Shown: one piece after another, positions 7,866 to 18,871 of the stretch | Position numbering within the stretch: the stretch's first letter is position 1 | How the letters are laid out: the number at the start of each line of letters is the position of its first letter | DNA from: Bacteroidia bacterium | Lineage (GTDB): Bacteria; Bacteroidota; Bacteroidia; M30B66 | Length of the DNA: 64,000 nt | Direction: 5' to 3' | Assembly: GCA_965279035.1 (NCBI GenBank) | Contig: OZ257142.1 | Coordinates: forward strand, 2,048,001 to 2,112,000 | Notes under the pieces: model-generated | The model's database searches: none | Seen by the model: only the letters and a program-made list of their open reading frames with translations | What the model was told of the DNA's origin: nothing | Program-made: the position numbers and the translations under genes

Positions 7866-10679
7866 ATGCCAAAAAATTCAGAAATCCGCTCCGTTCTAAT
7901 CATTGGTAGCGGTCCGATCATCATCGGTCAGGCTTGCGAATTTGATTATTCAGGTTCTCAAGCAGCTCGCTCTCTTCGAGACGAAGGCATTGAAGTTTCA
8001 CTTATCAATAGTAATCCAGCAACAATCATGACCGACAAAGTTTCGGCTGATCATGTTTACTTGTTACCATTGACTGTTGCTTCTTTAGTGAAAATTTTAG
8101 AAGAACGAAACATCGATGCTGTTCTGCCAACTATGGGAGGACAAACAGCACTGAATTTGGCGAAGAAAGCAGATGAAATGGGCATTTGGAAAAAGTACAA
8201 TGTCAAAATCATTGGGGTTGAAATCGATGCCATAGAAACTACCGAAAACCGAGAAGAATTTCGTCAATTATGTGTAAAACTTGACGTTGGAGTTCCCCCT
8301 TCTCAAATTGCCAATTCATTTTTAGAAGGAAAAGAAATTGCTCAACGCATTGGCTATCCTTTGGTTATTCGTCCATCCTATACTTTAGGTGGAACGGGTG
8401 GTGCCTTTGTTCATCGGAAGGAAGATTTTGATGAATTACTCAATCGCGGTTTACACGCATCTCCTATACATGAAGTGCTCATCGAAAAAGCATTGTTCGG
8501 TTGGAAAGAATATGAATTAGAACTTCTTCGCGATAACAATCAGAATATTATCATCATTTGTTCGATCGAGAATTTCGATCCAATGGGTATCCATACAGGT
8601 GATTCCATTACTGTTGCTCCTGCTATGACTTTAAGCGATGTTGCCTATCAGCATATGCGTGATATTGCAATAAAACTAATGCGTCATATTGGTACTTTTG
8701 CAGGTGGATGCAATGTTCAATTTGCCTTGAATCCCGAAAATGAAGATATCATAGCGATTGAAATTAATCCACGTGTTTCTCGTTCTTCAGCTTTAGCTTC
8801 AAAAGCAACAGGTTATCCCATTGCTAAAATTGCTGCTAAGCTCGCCATTGGTTACAATCTCGACGAACTCAACAATCAAATTACCGGAACAACTTCCGCC
8901 TTTTTTGAACCCACACTCGATTATGTTATTGTTAAAATTCCTCGTTGGAACTTTAACAAATTCAAAGGTGCCGACAAATCTCTTGGTCTTCAAATGAAAT
9001 CGGTTGGAGAAGTGATGGGCATCGGTCGTAGTTTTCAAGAAGCATTACAGAAAGCGTGTCAAAGTTTAGAAGTAAGTAGAAATGGACTTGGTGCCGATGG
9101 GAAAGATCTAAGAAATCCTGATGCAGTTGTTGATAGTTTGAAAAATCCTAGTTGGAATCGTTTATTCCATATCAAGGATGCAATGAACTTGGGTATTCCA
9201 TTTAAAACGATTCATAAATTAACCCAGATTGATCCTTGGTTCTTGCATCAAATTGATGATTTGGTTCAACTGGAAAAACGCATGGAACGATATTCTATCG
9301 AAAACGTTCCATCGGAATTGATGCGCGAAGCGAAAACGAAAGGCTATGCCGATCGTCAAATTGCCCATGTGCTGAGATGTCTAGAAAGTGAAGTGTTTAA
9401 GAAACGTCATGAAATGGGAATCAAGCGTGTGTATAAAATGGTTGATACATGTGCTGCCGAATTCGAAGCGAAAACACCCTATTTCTATTCAACTTTTGAT
9501 GGTGAAAATGAAAGTATTAGTTCCGACCGGAAAAAAATAATTGTGCTTGGTTCCGGACCAAATCGAATAGGGCAGGGGATTGAGTTCGATTATAGTTGTG
9601 TTCATGGAGTGCTTGCTGCGAAAGAATGTGGCTTTGAAACCATCATGATCAACTGTAATCCAGAAACTGTTTCAACCGATTTTGATATAGCTGATAAACT
9701 CTATTTTGAACCCGTATTTTGGGAACATATTTATGACATCATTTTGCACGAAAATCCCGAAGGTGTTATCGTTCAGCTTGGTGGTCAAACAGCTTTAAAG
9801 CTTGCCGAAAAGTTGGATCGTTACGGAATTAAGATTATTGGAACTTCATATAAAAGTCTCGATCTAGCCGAAGATCGAGGCAGTTTTTCATCACTATTGC
9901 GAGATAATAATATTCCATATCCTCGTTTTGGAGTCATTGAACATGCCGATCAAGCAGCCGATCTAGCACGTGAACTTGGGTTTCCATTATTGGTAAGACC
10001 AAGTTATGTGCTCGGTGGACATAACATGAAAATTGTAATTAATGAGCAAGAATTGGAAGATCACGTAGTGGATTTGCTCAAAGATATTCCTGGAAATAAA
10101 GTCTTACTCGATCATTTTCTAGATAAAGCTGTTGAAGCTGAATCCGATGCTATTTGCGATGGTGAAAATGTTTACATCATTGGAATTATGGAACATATTG
10201 AACCTGCTGGAATTCACAGTGGAGATTCCAATGCATTGCTTCCCCCATTTAGTTTGAGTGATAACGTAATCAAACAAATTGAAGAACATACGATAACCAT
10301 TGCGAAAGCCCTTCATACTGTTGGATTAGTGAATATGCAATTTGCTATTAAAGATGAAGTTGTTTATGTAATCGAAGCCAATCCAAGAGCTTCGCGTACA
10401 GTTCCATTTATTTGCAAAGCCTACGATGAACCGTATGTTAATTATGCGACCAAAGTGATGCTTGGTGTCAATAAAGTCACTGATTTTAAATTCAACCCAC
10501 GCAAACATGGATTCGCAATAAAAATTCCAGTTTTCTCGTTTGATAAATTTCCTAACGTGAATAAAGAACTCGGTCCTGAAATGAAATCAACAGGAGAATC
10601 TATTTTGTTTATCGAAAATTTACAAGATGAAACCTTCTTGCAATTGTATGGTGAACGTAATTTGTATTTAAGTCGATAA
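7866..10679 (+). CDS. carB: carbamoyl-phosphate synthase large subunit (short form lacking the C-terminal MGS domain)
   Basis: IGSGPIIIGQACEFDYSG, NSNPATIMTD, GIHTGDS, EINPRVSRSSALASKATG, second ATP-grasp half, ELGPEMKSTGE. Confidence 0.97.
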   Translation: MPKNSEIRSVLIIGSGPIIIGQACEFDYSGSQAARSLRDEGIEVSLINSNPATIMTDKVSADHVYLLPLTVASLVKILEERNIDAVLPTMGGQTALNLAKKADEMGIWKKYNVKIIGVEIDAIETTENREEFRQLCVKLDVGVPPSQIANSFLEGKEIAQRIGYPLVIRPSYTLGGTGGAFVHRKEDFDELLNRGLHASPIHEVLIEKALFGWKEYELELLRDNNQNIIIICSIENFDPMGIHTGDSITVAPAMTLSDVAYQHMRDIAIKLMRHIGTFAGGCNVQFALNPENEDIIAIEINPRVSRSSALASKATGYPIAKIAAKLAIGYNLDELNNQITGTTSAFFEPTLDYVIVKIPRWNFNKFKGADKSLGLQMKSVGEVMGIGRSFQEALQKACQSLEVSRNGLGADGKDLRNPDAVVDSLKNPSWNRLFHIKDAMNLGIPFKTIHKLTQIDPWFLHQIDDLVQLEKRMERYSIENVPSELMREAKTKGYADRQIAHVLRCLESEVFKKRHEMGIKRVYKMVDTCAAEFEAKTPYFYSTFDGENESISSDRKKIIVLGSGPNRIGQGIEFDYSCVHGVLAAKECGFETIMINCNPETVSTDFDIADKLYFEPVFWEHIYDIILHENPEGVIVQLGGQTALKLAEKLDRYGIKIIGTSYKSLDLAEDRGSFSSLLRDNNIPYPRFGVIEHADQAADLARELGFPLLVRPSYVLGGHNMKIVINEQELEDHVVDLLKDIPGNKVLLDHFLDKAVEAESDAICDGENVYIIGIMEHIEPAGIHSGDSNALLPPFSLSDNVIKQIEEHTITIAKALHTVGLVNMQFAIKDEVVYVIEANPRASRTVPFICKAYDEPYVNYATKVMLGVNKVTDFKFNPRKHGFAIKIPVFSFDKFPNVNKELGPEMKSTGESILFIENLQDETFLQLYGERNLYLSR

Positions 10680-10753
10680 AATATTCTGCCAAAAGGACAG
10701 AGATTTTCGTAGGCAGGTATTTTGTAAATTGCACCGCTCTTCAAAAAAAGAAA

Positions 10754-11011
10754 ATGCGCATACTCTATATACTTCTCATCATTTACATCTTATACAAGGT
10801 GTTCTTCAATTTCATATTACCACTCGTTGTTCGTCATCTTTTTCAAAAAGCAGCCAATAATATGAATGGTGAATTTGGACAATTTCAACAACAAGCCCCT
10901 CCTCGCCGTCAAGGAGAAGTTCGCATTGAAGATCCCGGAACCACTTCTTCCAAGAAAAAACAATTCTCTTCAAACGATGTGGAAGATGTTGATTTCATTG
11001 AGGTGAAATGA
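10754..11011 (+). CDS. small membrane protein, DUF4834-like
   Basis: N-terminal TM, QGEVRI and C-terminal EDVDFIEVK resemble the Bacteroidota DUF4834 family. Confidence 0.65.
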   Translation: MRILYILLIIYILYKVFFNFILPLVVRHLFQKAANNMNGEFGQFQQQAPPRRQGEVRIEDPGTTSSKKKQFSSNDVEDVDFIEVK

Positions 11012-11375
11012 TTTATTTATTATTTTATTTAACCAATTCTTCCCTTTTTCAATTTAGATATTAATAAGAACACCTTTATCATGCGAATAATCACCAATTA
11101 AAATACAGATTGACTTTGTATTATTAAATGGAAATCACTTTTCAATCGAAATCTCGTCGAATTAATACAATTAATTCATTCATTTTATTATCGATTTTAT
11201 TTTGATCTATTTGATTAGATATTAAACGGATTATTTCACTTCTATATACCTTTTCAAGTATTTCCGAATAGAAATTTATCTATGAATAGTTTGTTTAAAA
11301 CAGCGTAAACAAATCTTCATTCAATCCATGTTGATTTAAATAGGTAATCTATATTTACCTTTTTAAATTTTGAGG

Positions 11376-14027
11376 ATGCCTAAAATTAATTTCAAAGCCT
11401 TGCTTCCCCACCTCGCGGCGGTTGCGATTTTTCTCTTACTTATCTTTTCGTATTTCCCCGAATTACTCGATAATAAGAGTCTCCGTATGGATGACGTGGA
11501 ACATCACAAAGGAATGTCCAACGAACTTGCTGATTATCGCGAAAGAACAGGCGAAGAAGCTATCTGGACCAATGCCATGTTTGGTGGAATGCCCGGTTAT
11601 TTAATATCAACGGTGTATCACGGGAATTTGCTTCGTTATGCAGATAAAGTAATCAAAATGAACTTGCCTCGTCCTGCCGATTCAATGTTCGTTTTAATGC
11701 TTGGCATGTATGTTTTACTTCTCACTTTTCGAGTAAAACAACCTTTGGCAATTTTAGGTGCTGCCGTTTATTGTTTCTCTACATACAGTTTATTGAGTAT
11801 GGAAGCAGGGCATATGTCGAAAATTGATGCAATGTCCTATATGCCCTGGGTTCTTGCAGGGCTTATTACAACGTTTCAAGGAAGAATTATTGTTGGAGGA
11901 TTATTAACTGCCGTTTTCTTAAGTCTCCAAATCAAGGCATCTCACTTTCAGATTACTTACTATCTGATGTTTATATTACTGTTTTTCTCAATTGTTTACC
12001 TCATTCAAAGTATTCGAGAAAAAACATTGCCCGAGTTTGCCAAAGCAGCAGGAGTTCTAGCTCTAGCGGCTGTTTTTGGTGTATTAACAAATGCTTCATC
12101 ACTCTATACAATCAACGATTATGGAAAAGATTCCATTCGTGGAAAATCAGAATTAACTTTAAAAGGTGTTGAAGAAAGCGATGGTCTCGATGCTGGTTAT
12201 GCTTTACAATATAGCTATGGTGTTGGTGAAACATTCTCTTACATGATTCCCAATGTGTATGGTGGCGCATCAAATCTTGGACTAGCAGAACAAAAGACAG
12301 CTTTAAAAGAAGCGGACCCTCAATACAAACAATTTCTTGAAGGCTTTCCTCAATACTGGTCTTCTACTTCTACTACTGGTCCTTTTTACACTGGAGCCCT
12401 CATCTGCTTTTTAGCTGTTCTCGGGTTTTTCTTTGTTAAATCACCAGTAAAATGGGCAATTCTTGCTTCAATCATTCTCGCTTTTATGCTTGCTTGGGGA
12501 AGTAATTTTGAAGATTTTTCAATTTGGATGTTAGAACATTTTCCTGGTTATAATAAGTTTCGAGCCGTCAAAATGACCTTGATTATTTCCGACTTCTTGA
12601 TACCTCTGATTGCTATATTAGGTTTATCCGAAATCGTTTCAAATCCAGATAGAATCAAAGAAAAGAAAGTTTGGTTTTATGCAGCGTTTGGACTTACTGG
12701 TGGATTATGCTTGCTCTTTTATCTCATGCCCGATTTCTTTTTTAGTTTCGATTATCTAGACAAAAACTACGAAGGACAAATTCGTGGAATGTTGAGTCAA
12801 CAAGGAATGGATGCTGGAGCTTCTCAAACATGGATGGATGGCTTAATATCAAATTTGGAAACAGTTCGAATGGCCATTTTTAAAGCTGATGCTATCCGCT
12901 CTTTCTTCATCATTCTTCTTGGTGCAGCAACAATATTTTCGTACAGTAGAATGAAATTTAATATGTTCATTCTTGCAGCTCTTTTTCTTGTTATAACACT
13001 TGCCGATCAATGGTCAATTGATAAACGGTATGTCAACAAAAAAGATTTTGTATCCAATGCTAAATCGGCTGTTCCTTTTAGCCCTTCAGCTGCTGATGAA
13101 GCTATATTTTCTCTAGAAATTCAAAAAGACCCAACGCTTTTAGCTAAAGTTGAAAAATACAAAAACGAAGGTCTTTTGAGAGCAAAAAAAGCTGGTGGTT
13201 TAGGAGCCGATGATGCGAAATATCGTTTCCGTGGATTACTTGCTAATACCGATTACCGCGTATTAAACTTAGCAGCCAATACATTCAACGATGCAGGAAC
13301 ATCATTTTTTCATAAATCGGTTGGAGGATATAGCGCAGTAAAACTTGAACGATATCAAGAATTTATTGAATACCATATCGCGAATAATATTGAATCATTA
13401 AAAAAGGTATTTCAAACTCGTCCAACAGATTCAAGTATTGCAGCAGTTCTTAGTCATTTGTATGCTTTTAATATGCTTAATACGCGGTATATTATTTACA
13501 ACGAACAAGCGCCACCTATTGTCAATAATTCAGCATTAGGAAATGCTTGGTTTGTCAATAATGTGAAAGAAGTTGCTTCTGCCAATGAAGAAATTCTTGC
13601 TTTAGATAGCACGTTTAATCCAGCCAGTACAGCTATTGTTGATAAACGTTTTCATGATCAAATTGCGAATTGGAAATCTCAACCCGATTCAACTGCTAAA
13701 ATTCATCTCGATAGTTATGAGCCCAACGATTTGAAATATTCTTGTTCAGCGGCTTCAGAACAATTAGTTGTTTTTTCTGAGATCTATTATGCCAAAGGCT
13801 GGAATGCCTATGTTGATGGAACACTTAGTCCTCATTTTAGAACAAACTATATCCTTCGTGGAATGAAAATTCCAGCTGGAAAACATAGCATTGAATTTCG
13901 CTTTGAACCTTCATCTTATGCTAATACTGAAAAAATTAGCATGGCAAGTTCTGGACTATTGATTCTATTCGTATTCCTTATGATTTTCCTTGAGGTTAGG
14001 AAAAAAAATGCAGCAGCTAAAGCATAA
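11376..14027 (+). CDS. YfhO family membrane protein (GT-C-like glycosyltransferase)
   Basis: WTNAMFGGMPGY, EAGHMSK, HFQITYY, many TMs, HKSVGGYSAVKLERYQEFI, FSEIYYAKGWNAYVDG. Confidence 0.88.
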   Translation: MPKINFKALLPHLAAVAIFLLLIFSYFPELLDNKSLRMDDVEHHKGMSNELADYRERTGEEAIWTNAMFGGMPGYLISTVYHGNLLRYADKVIKMNLPRPADSMFVLMLGMYVLLLTFRVKQPLAILGAAVYCFSTYSLLSMEAGHMSKIDAMSYMPWVLAGLITTFQGRIIVGGLLTAVFLSLQIKASHFQITYYLMFILLFFSIVYLIQSIREKTLPEFAKAAGVLALAAVFGVLTNASSLYTINDYGKDSIRGKSELTLKGVEESDGLDAGYALQYSYGVGETFSYMIPNVYGGASNLGLAEQKTALKEADPQYKQFLEGFPQYWSSTSTTGPFYTGALICFLAVLGFFFVKSPVKWAILASIILAFMLAWGSNFEDFSIWMLEHFPGYNKFRAVKMTLIISDFLIPLIAILGLSEIVSNPDRIKEKKVWFYAAFGLTGGLCLLFYLMPDFFFSFDYLDKNYEGQIRGMLSQQGMDAGASQTWMDGLISNLETVRMAIFKADAIRSFFIILLGAATIFSYSRMKFNMFILAALFLVITLADQWSIDKRYVNKKDFVSNAKSAVPFSPSAADEAIFSLEIQKDPTLLAKVEKYKNEGLLRAKKAGGLGADDAKYRFRGLLANTDYRVLNLAANTFNDAGTSFFHKSVGGYSAVKLERYQEFIEYHIANNIESLKKVFQTRPTDSSIAAVLSHLYAFNMLNTRYIIYNEQAPPIVNNSALGNAWFVNNVKEVASANEEILALDSTFNPASTAIVDKRFHDQIANWKSQPDSTAKIHLDSYEPNDLKYSCSAASEQLVVFSEIYYAKGWNAYVDGTLSPHFRTNYILRGMKIPAGKHSIEFRFEPSSYANTEKISMASSGLLILFVFLMIFLEVRKKNAAAKA

Positions 14028-14030
14028 TTC

Positions 14031-15872
14031 ATGTGTGGAATTGCAGGATATTTTCAAGTAGGATCTAAACTTTCTGTTGGTCATATTAACAGAATGACAG
14101 ATGCTCAAAAACACCGCGGTCCAGATGCTGACGGTCATTTTGAACATCCTCGTTGTGGATTAGGTCATCGTCGTTTAAGTATTCTCGATCTTTCTGAAGC
14201 AGCCAATCAACCTTTTTATTCTCTTGATGGACGTTACGTAATTGCATACAATGGTGAGGTGTATAATTTCCAGGAGATTGCCGAAGAACTGAATTTTCAA
14301 CCTCGAACAAGTTCCGATACTGAAGTTATTTTAGAAGCCTATATTCGTTGGGGAACATCCTTCATTCAACGGATGAATGGAATGTTTGCCATAGCGATTT
14401 TCGATATTCAAGAGGAGCATTTATTCATGTGTCGTGATCGTATGGGAATCAAACCCATTTACTATTACTTTCAGGATGGACTCTTTATTTTTTCATCGGA
14501 ACTTAAAGGCTTACTAGCATTAAGGCCTGATATATATTTTAGTCTAGATAAAAATGCTGTTGAAGAATTCCTGCATGTAGGATACATTCCTGAGCCTTTG
14601 AGTATTTGTAATGAAGTGAAGAAATTTCCTTCAGGACATTGGGCTTCTATCAATTCATCAGGAATGGAACTTCATGAATATTGGAATATGGCTGATAAAA
14701 TTGAACCGGAGATTCTGAAAGATGAAACTATCGCCAAAGAAAAATTAAAGCAACTCATCACAAGTTCTGTTCGATATCGGATGATTAGTGATGTGCCATT
14801 TGGAACTTTTTTGAGTGGAGGAATTGATTCAAGTATTGTTACTGCTGTTGCTCAATACAATTCAGAAAAACCGATCAACACATTTTCAATCGGCTTTCGT
14901 GAGAGTAAACACAATGAATCAGAATTTGCAAGTGCTGTTGCTAAACATTTAGGAACTCGACATTTCGAATTTACAGTCACTGAACAAGATGCTATGGAAA
15001 TGCTCGATCAGATGCTTGATGCGTACGATGAGCCATTTGCTGATTCATCGGGAATTCCTACCATGTTAGTTTCTCGCTTAGCTCGACAGCATGTTAGCAT
15101 GACACTTTCGGGTGATGGAGGTGATGAATTGTTTTTAGGTTATGGTTCTTATACGTGGGCAAAACGTATGGCAAACCCAATTGTTAAAGCATTAAGATCT
15201 CCCATATTTTCATTATTAGCTTCATCTAAAAACAATAAATACCGAAGAGCTGCCGACCATTTTCAAAAGAGTAATTATCCATTGAGCCACATTTTTTCTC
15301 AAGAACTTTATTATTTCTCTGAATCTGAAATCGCACTCTTATTGGGAAAAACGAATTTCAATTCAGTTATTGTTGAATCGATTGAAGGATTAGCTCGCAA
15401 ATTAAAGCCAGAAGAGGAGCAAGCTTTTTTTGATTTACGATATTATTTAAAAGATGATTTATTGACGAAAGTAGATCGTGCTACCATGCAATATTCATTA
15501 GAAACACGAGTGCCTTTAATAGATTATCGTATTGTTGAATTTGCACTAAATCTTGATCCATCATTGAAAATAAAAAATGGAACAAGTAAATATTTACTAA
15601 AACAAGTACTGTATGATTATGTTCCTGAAAGCTTGTTCAATCGCCCTAAATGGGGATTTAGTATTCCACTCGACAAATGGTTAAGTCGTGATTTAAACTA
15701 CTTAATTGAGCAATATACGAGTAAAGAAATGTGTGAGAAATATGGTTTAATCAACTATGAGATTCTGAATAAATATCGAATTGGATTTAAATCAGGAAGA
15801 ACCTATTATTACAATCGTCTTTGGCAAATTATTGTTCTACATAGACATCTTGAAAAATTACAGATTAATTAA
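14031..15872 (+). CDS. asnB: asparagine synthase (glutamine-hydrolysing), probably a glycan amidotransferase
   Basis: MCGIAG, HRGPD, GHRRLSILDL, NGEVYNF, RDRMGIKP, FLSGGIDSS, SGDGGDELF. Confidence 0.93.
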   Translation: MCGIAGYFQVGSKLSVGHINRMTDAQKHRGPDADGHFEHPRCGLGHRRLSILDLSEAANQPFYSLDGRYVIAYNGEVYNFQEIAEELNFQPRTSSDTEVILEAYIRWGTSFIQRMNGMFAIAIFDIQEEHLFMCRDRMGIKPIYYYFQDGLFIFSSELKGLLALRPDIYFSLDKNAVEEFLHVGYIPEPLSICNEVKKFPSGHWASINSSGMELHEYWNMADKIEPEILKDETIAKEKLKQLITSSVRYRMISDVPFGTFLSGGIDSSIVTAVAQYNSEKPINTFSIGFRESKHNESEFASAVAKHLGTRHFEFTVTEQDAMEMLDQMLDAYDEPFADSSGIPTMLVSRLARQHVSMTLSGDGGDELFLGYGSYTWAKRMANPIVKALRSPIFSLLASSKNNKYRRAADHFQKSNYPLSHIFSQELYYFSESEIALLLGKTNFNSVIVESIEGLARKLKPEEEQAFFDLRYYLKDDLLTKVDRATMQYSLETRVPLIDYRIVEFALNLDPSLKIKNGTSKYLLKQVLYDYVPESLFNRPKWGFSIPLDKWLSRDLNYLIEQYTSKEMCEKYGLINYEILNKYRIGFKSGRTYYYNRLWQIIVLHRHLEKLQIN

Positions 15873-17409
15873 ATAATGGAATATGATAGCTTTTATAAAA
15901 TCCTCGCATATAATTTAAATAGCCAACTCTCCAAACCTTCGTTGCATCTGCATTTAGATAATCTAAAACAGGACGACGATCAGTTAAAATGATTGCATCT
16001 TTTACATCAATGCTATCTTCTTGAATAAATTTATCTTGAATATAATCCGGAACACGATCTTCAAATGTATCCATCGAATTGGAGAATAAATAAATAAGAT
16101 TGCTTTTTTCTTCGAGTGAATCAGTCGAATATAACTCAGTAAATAGCCCTATTGCTCGAATCGTTTTATAAAGAGAACGATTTCCTTTCCCTATTTCATT
16201 TTTATAATATCCATTTGAATTAATTAAAACCAATCCACCAGGTTTTAACAAATCACGCGTTTTACTCATGCTTTCAGCAGTAAACACATGTGCTGGAGTT
16301 TCTTCTCCTCTGAATAAATCAAAAATAATTAAATCGTATTGCTTATGAGTGTCATTAATATAATGACGAGCATCATCTTGAATTACATTGACTTCATTTC
16401 CTAATCCAAAAAATTCATGAGATACTTCTATGATTCGTTCATCCAATTCAATCGCATCTACATGCATTCCATTGCTTACTGCTTGCTGAGCTAAAACTCC
16501 TCCACCTAAACCAAGTAGCAACATTTCTGAGCCTTTGGGGAACATCGATAATATATCGCCCGAAACATTAAAATAGGCATGGTCGTTAAATTTTTTATTT
16601 TTTAAATTATAGGAAGTTTGTATAATTCGATTGACAAATAATGTACGTTCATATTGAATCGAATCATGATGCATTACGGGAATATCAGCAACAAGCACTT
16701 GCCCTAATAATCCTTCTTTTTGATATAAAACCTGAATGATTTCGTTACGAATTCGGATTTGCCAATGATGATATCCAAAAGAAAAGAGTGCCGCAATTAG
16801 AAATACTCCAGGCTTTTTCCATCCATTTTTAAAAATTAAAAAAGCAGGAATAATTCCTAAAATAAATCCTGTAGCAATACTGGGTAAAATAAGTCCAAAC
16901 CGAGGTATAATAATAAATCCAAAAAGGAATGTAAAGAAAATCCCTCCTGTAGTTGAAATGGCATATACCAAACCTGCACGCTTTCCACTCGATTCGGCCG
17001 ATATATCTAAGTTAGCAACAACCAATGGAGAAACCATTCCCATTCCAATAACAGGTGGTAAAATGATAATCAATCCTGCAGTAACAACGGCATCGGTAAA
17101 TGATAATAAATGTGCAAAGTTCAATACCCATTGTGCTGTAAAGGGCATCATCATTACCAAAATGCCACAATACAATAAGGTTAGTAAGAGTATTTTATCT
17201 CTTCGGTCGTGTTGTGATATACTTCCTCCTAAAAAATAACCAATGGTTAAGCCTCCTAAAGTAATTGCTAAAACTGTTGCCCATACAAATAAGGATGAAC
17301 CAAAATAAGGAGCCAACATCCGAGCACTCATCAGTTCGGTAGCCATTAAACTACCTCCTTCGAGAAAGGATAAGCCTAGTAATAATCGATTATGTAGGGA
17401 TAATTGCAT
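15865..17409 (-). CDS. fused MFS-like membrane domain / spermidine synthase-like protein
   Basis: ELMSARMLAPYFGSSLFVW, AGLVYAIST, LLLGLGGG, IELDERI, YDLIIFDLF. Confidence 0.85.
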   Translation of the reverse strand: MQLSLHNRLLLGLSFLEGGSLMATELMSARMLAPYFGSSLFVWATVLAITLGGLTIGYFLGGSISQHDRRDKILLLTLLYCGILVMMMPFTAQWVLNFAHLLSFTDAVVTAGLIIILPPVIGMGMVSPLVVANLDISAESSGKRAGLVYAISTTGGIFFTFLFGFIIIPRFGLILPSIATGFILGIIPAFLIFKNGWKKPGVFLIAALFSFGYHHWQIRIRNEIIQVLYQKEGLLGQVLVADIPVMHHDSIQYERTLFVNRIIQTSYNLKNKKFNDHAYFNVSGDILSMFPKGSEMLLLGLGGGVLAQQAVSNGMHVDAIELDERIIEVSHEFFGLGNEVNVIQDDARHYINDTHKQYDLIIFDLFRGEETPAHVFTAESMSKTRDLLKPGGLVLINSNGYYKNEIGKGNRSLYKTIRAIGLFTELYSTDSLEEKSNLIYLFSNSMDTFEDRVPDYIQDKFIQEDSIDVKDAIILTDRRPVLDYLNADATKVWRVGYLNYMRGFYKSYHIPLFN

Positions 17410-18808
17410 TTTTCTGTATTAGTCCAAGTTCTAACCTCTCTTGCTCTTCTCTTTCAAGTCTTAATCGTTTATTCTCTTTTAGTTCCAATATTTTACTATG
17501 ATCTAATATCATCAATAGGGAAATAAAAAATGGAATACTTGGTATTTTATATCTTACCAATGCACCAAAATTTGCCGTAGTTAATCCCACCGAAAACGCA
17601 AAGAAAATCACAAAAACAAAAGAGAATATTAACAGAGGTTCTGAAAATATTTTTCGAAATACCTTAAACAGTCCAACCCTAAAAAATACTCTTAAAGTTA
17701 AAAAGATAAGAAATGTGTTTTCAAGTGCCGACATCAACATTACTGGATTGGATGCATCCCATAAAAAAGGTCTGTAAAGTCCTGCTAATAAAGCTACCGG
17801 GAATTTTGAAATAATACTTCCAGTTGAACCATCCATTTCGCCGATATCAAATGAATTAGCTCCATAGGCTTCCCGAGTAAGATCTTTTTTTGTGACAATG
17901 GCTTTGTTAATCGCTTTATCAACCGAACTATACGAACCTAATGAACTACCAAGAGCATTGAAAATTGCTGTTGCTCCTAAAAATCCAATCATAATAATGA
18001 GAGGAGAAATGAGTATTCGAATAAAACTACTTCGCACAGATTTTATTCGATTATATAATATCCAAATGGTGGCTCCAGGAAGTAATGCAACAAAAATGTA
18101 AGGCTTAATGGAAATGATTACATACGATGCAAGAAGTAAATAAATAAAATATTTTGTCCTATTATGCTTCTTAATAAACACATTATAAATACAGTAGGTA
18201 ATCCAACACGTTGCCGAAAATGTCACTGTATCTTTCAAAATTGCTGATCCCCAAAATAAAAGTGAGGGCATAAACAAAATCGATATGGCGAATTTTTTCT
18301 CCATGTTGGGATAAAGCTCATTGAAGAGTAAGAACAATCTCCAAATTCCACCATAGGATAAAAACGCAAATAAAAACGTAGTAACAAAAAAACTAAATCC
18401 AGAAAAAATGATAATCGGTCCTGCTATTCTAACTACAGTAAATGATTGAGGATCGCGATAATAATCAGGACAACACAAATCATTTTCTGCAAAACGTAAT
18501 AAATTGAGATTACTCAGATTACCTCCGACAACCGAAAAAAATGTTTCTTGATTAACTAATCCCAAACTGGCAAGTAATCTGCCGCTTTTGTAAAATCCAA
18601 TCGTATCACCTCCTCCGTAGTAAAATATATAAATCATACATACGAGAAAACTCCCTACAAACTTGGCAAGAAGTCCTAATGTATAATATTTATATATCGG
18701 GTTAGAGGCAATGTTATTCTGTTGAATTTGTCGAGCAAAATAAAATAAGGCAACCAAATAAATTGGCATGAGAATAAAATCCTTAGCCGAATAAAGTGCC
18801 TCATTCAT
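17390..18808 (-). CDS. polytopic membrane protein, possible glycan polymerase/GT-C
   Basis: About 10-12 hydrophobic segments, YYGGGDT, PSLLFWGSAILKD, NFGALVRYK; adjacent to a glycosyltransferase. Confidence 0.6.
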   Translation of the reverse strand: MNEALYSAKDFILMPIYLVALFYFARQIQQNNIASNPIYKYYTLGLLAKFVGSFLVCMIYIFYYGGGDTIGFYKSGRLLASLGLVNQETFFSVVGGNLSNLNLLRFAENDLCCPDYYRDPQSFTVVRIAGPIIIFSGFSFFVTTFLFAFLSYGGIWRLFLLFNELYPNMEKKFAISILFMPSLLFWGSAILKDTVTFSATCWITYCIYNVFIKKHNRTKYFIYLLLASYVIISIKPYIFVALLPGATIWILYNRIKSVRSSFIRILISPLIIMIGFLGATAIFNALGSSLGSYSSVDKAINKAIVTKKDLTREAYGANSFDIGEMDGSTGSIISKFPVALLAGLYRPFLWDASNPVMLMSALENTFLIFLTLRVFFRVGLFKVFRKIFSEPLLIFSFVFVIFFAFSVGLTTANFGALVRYKIPSIPFFISLLMILDHSKILELKENKRLRLEREEQERLELGLIQKNAIIPT

Positions 18809-18871
18809 AATTTTAAAAACTTCTCTTGTAAATTTGCCCTATACTGCAAAGGAAACCAATTCGTAACGATT

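Noticed and set aside
11012-11369. Long AT-rich intergenic region upstream of the YfhO gene
   Set aside because: No ORF remnant, repeat or stable structure could be recognised by eye.
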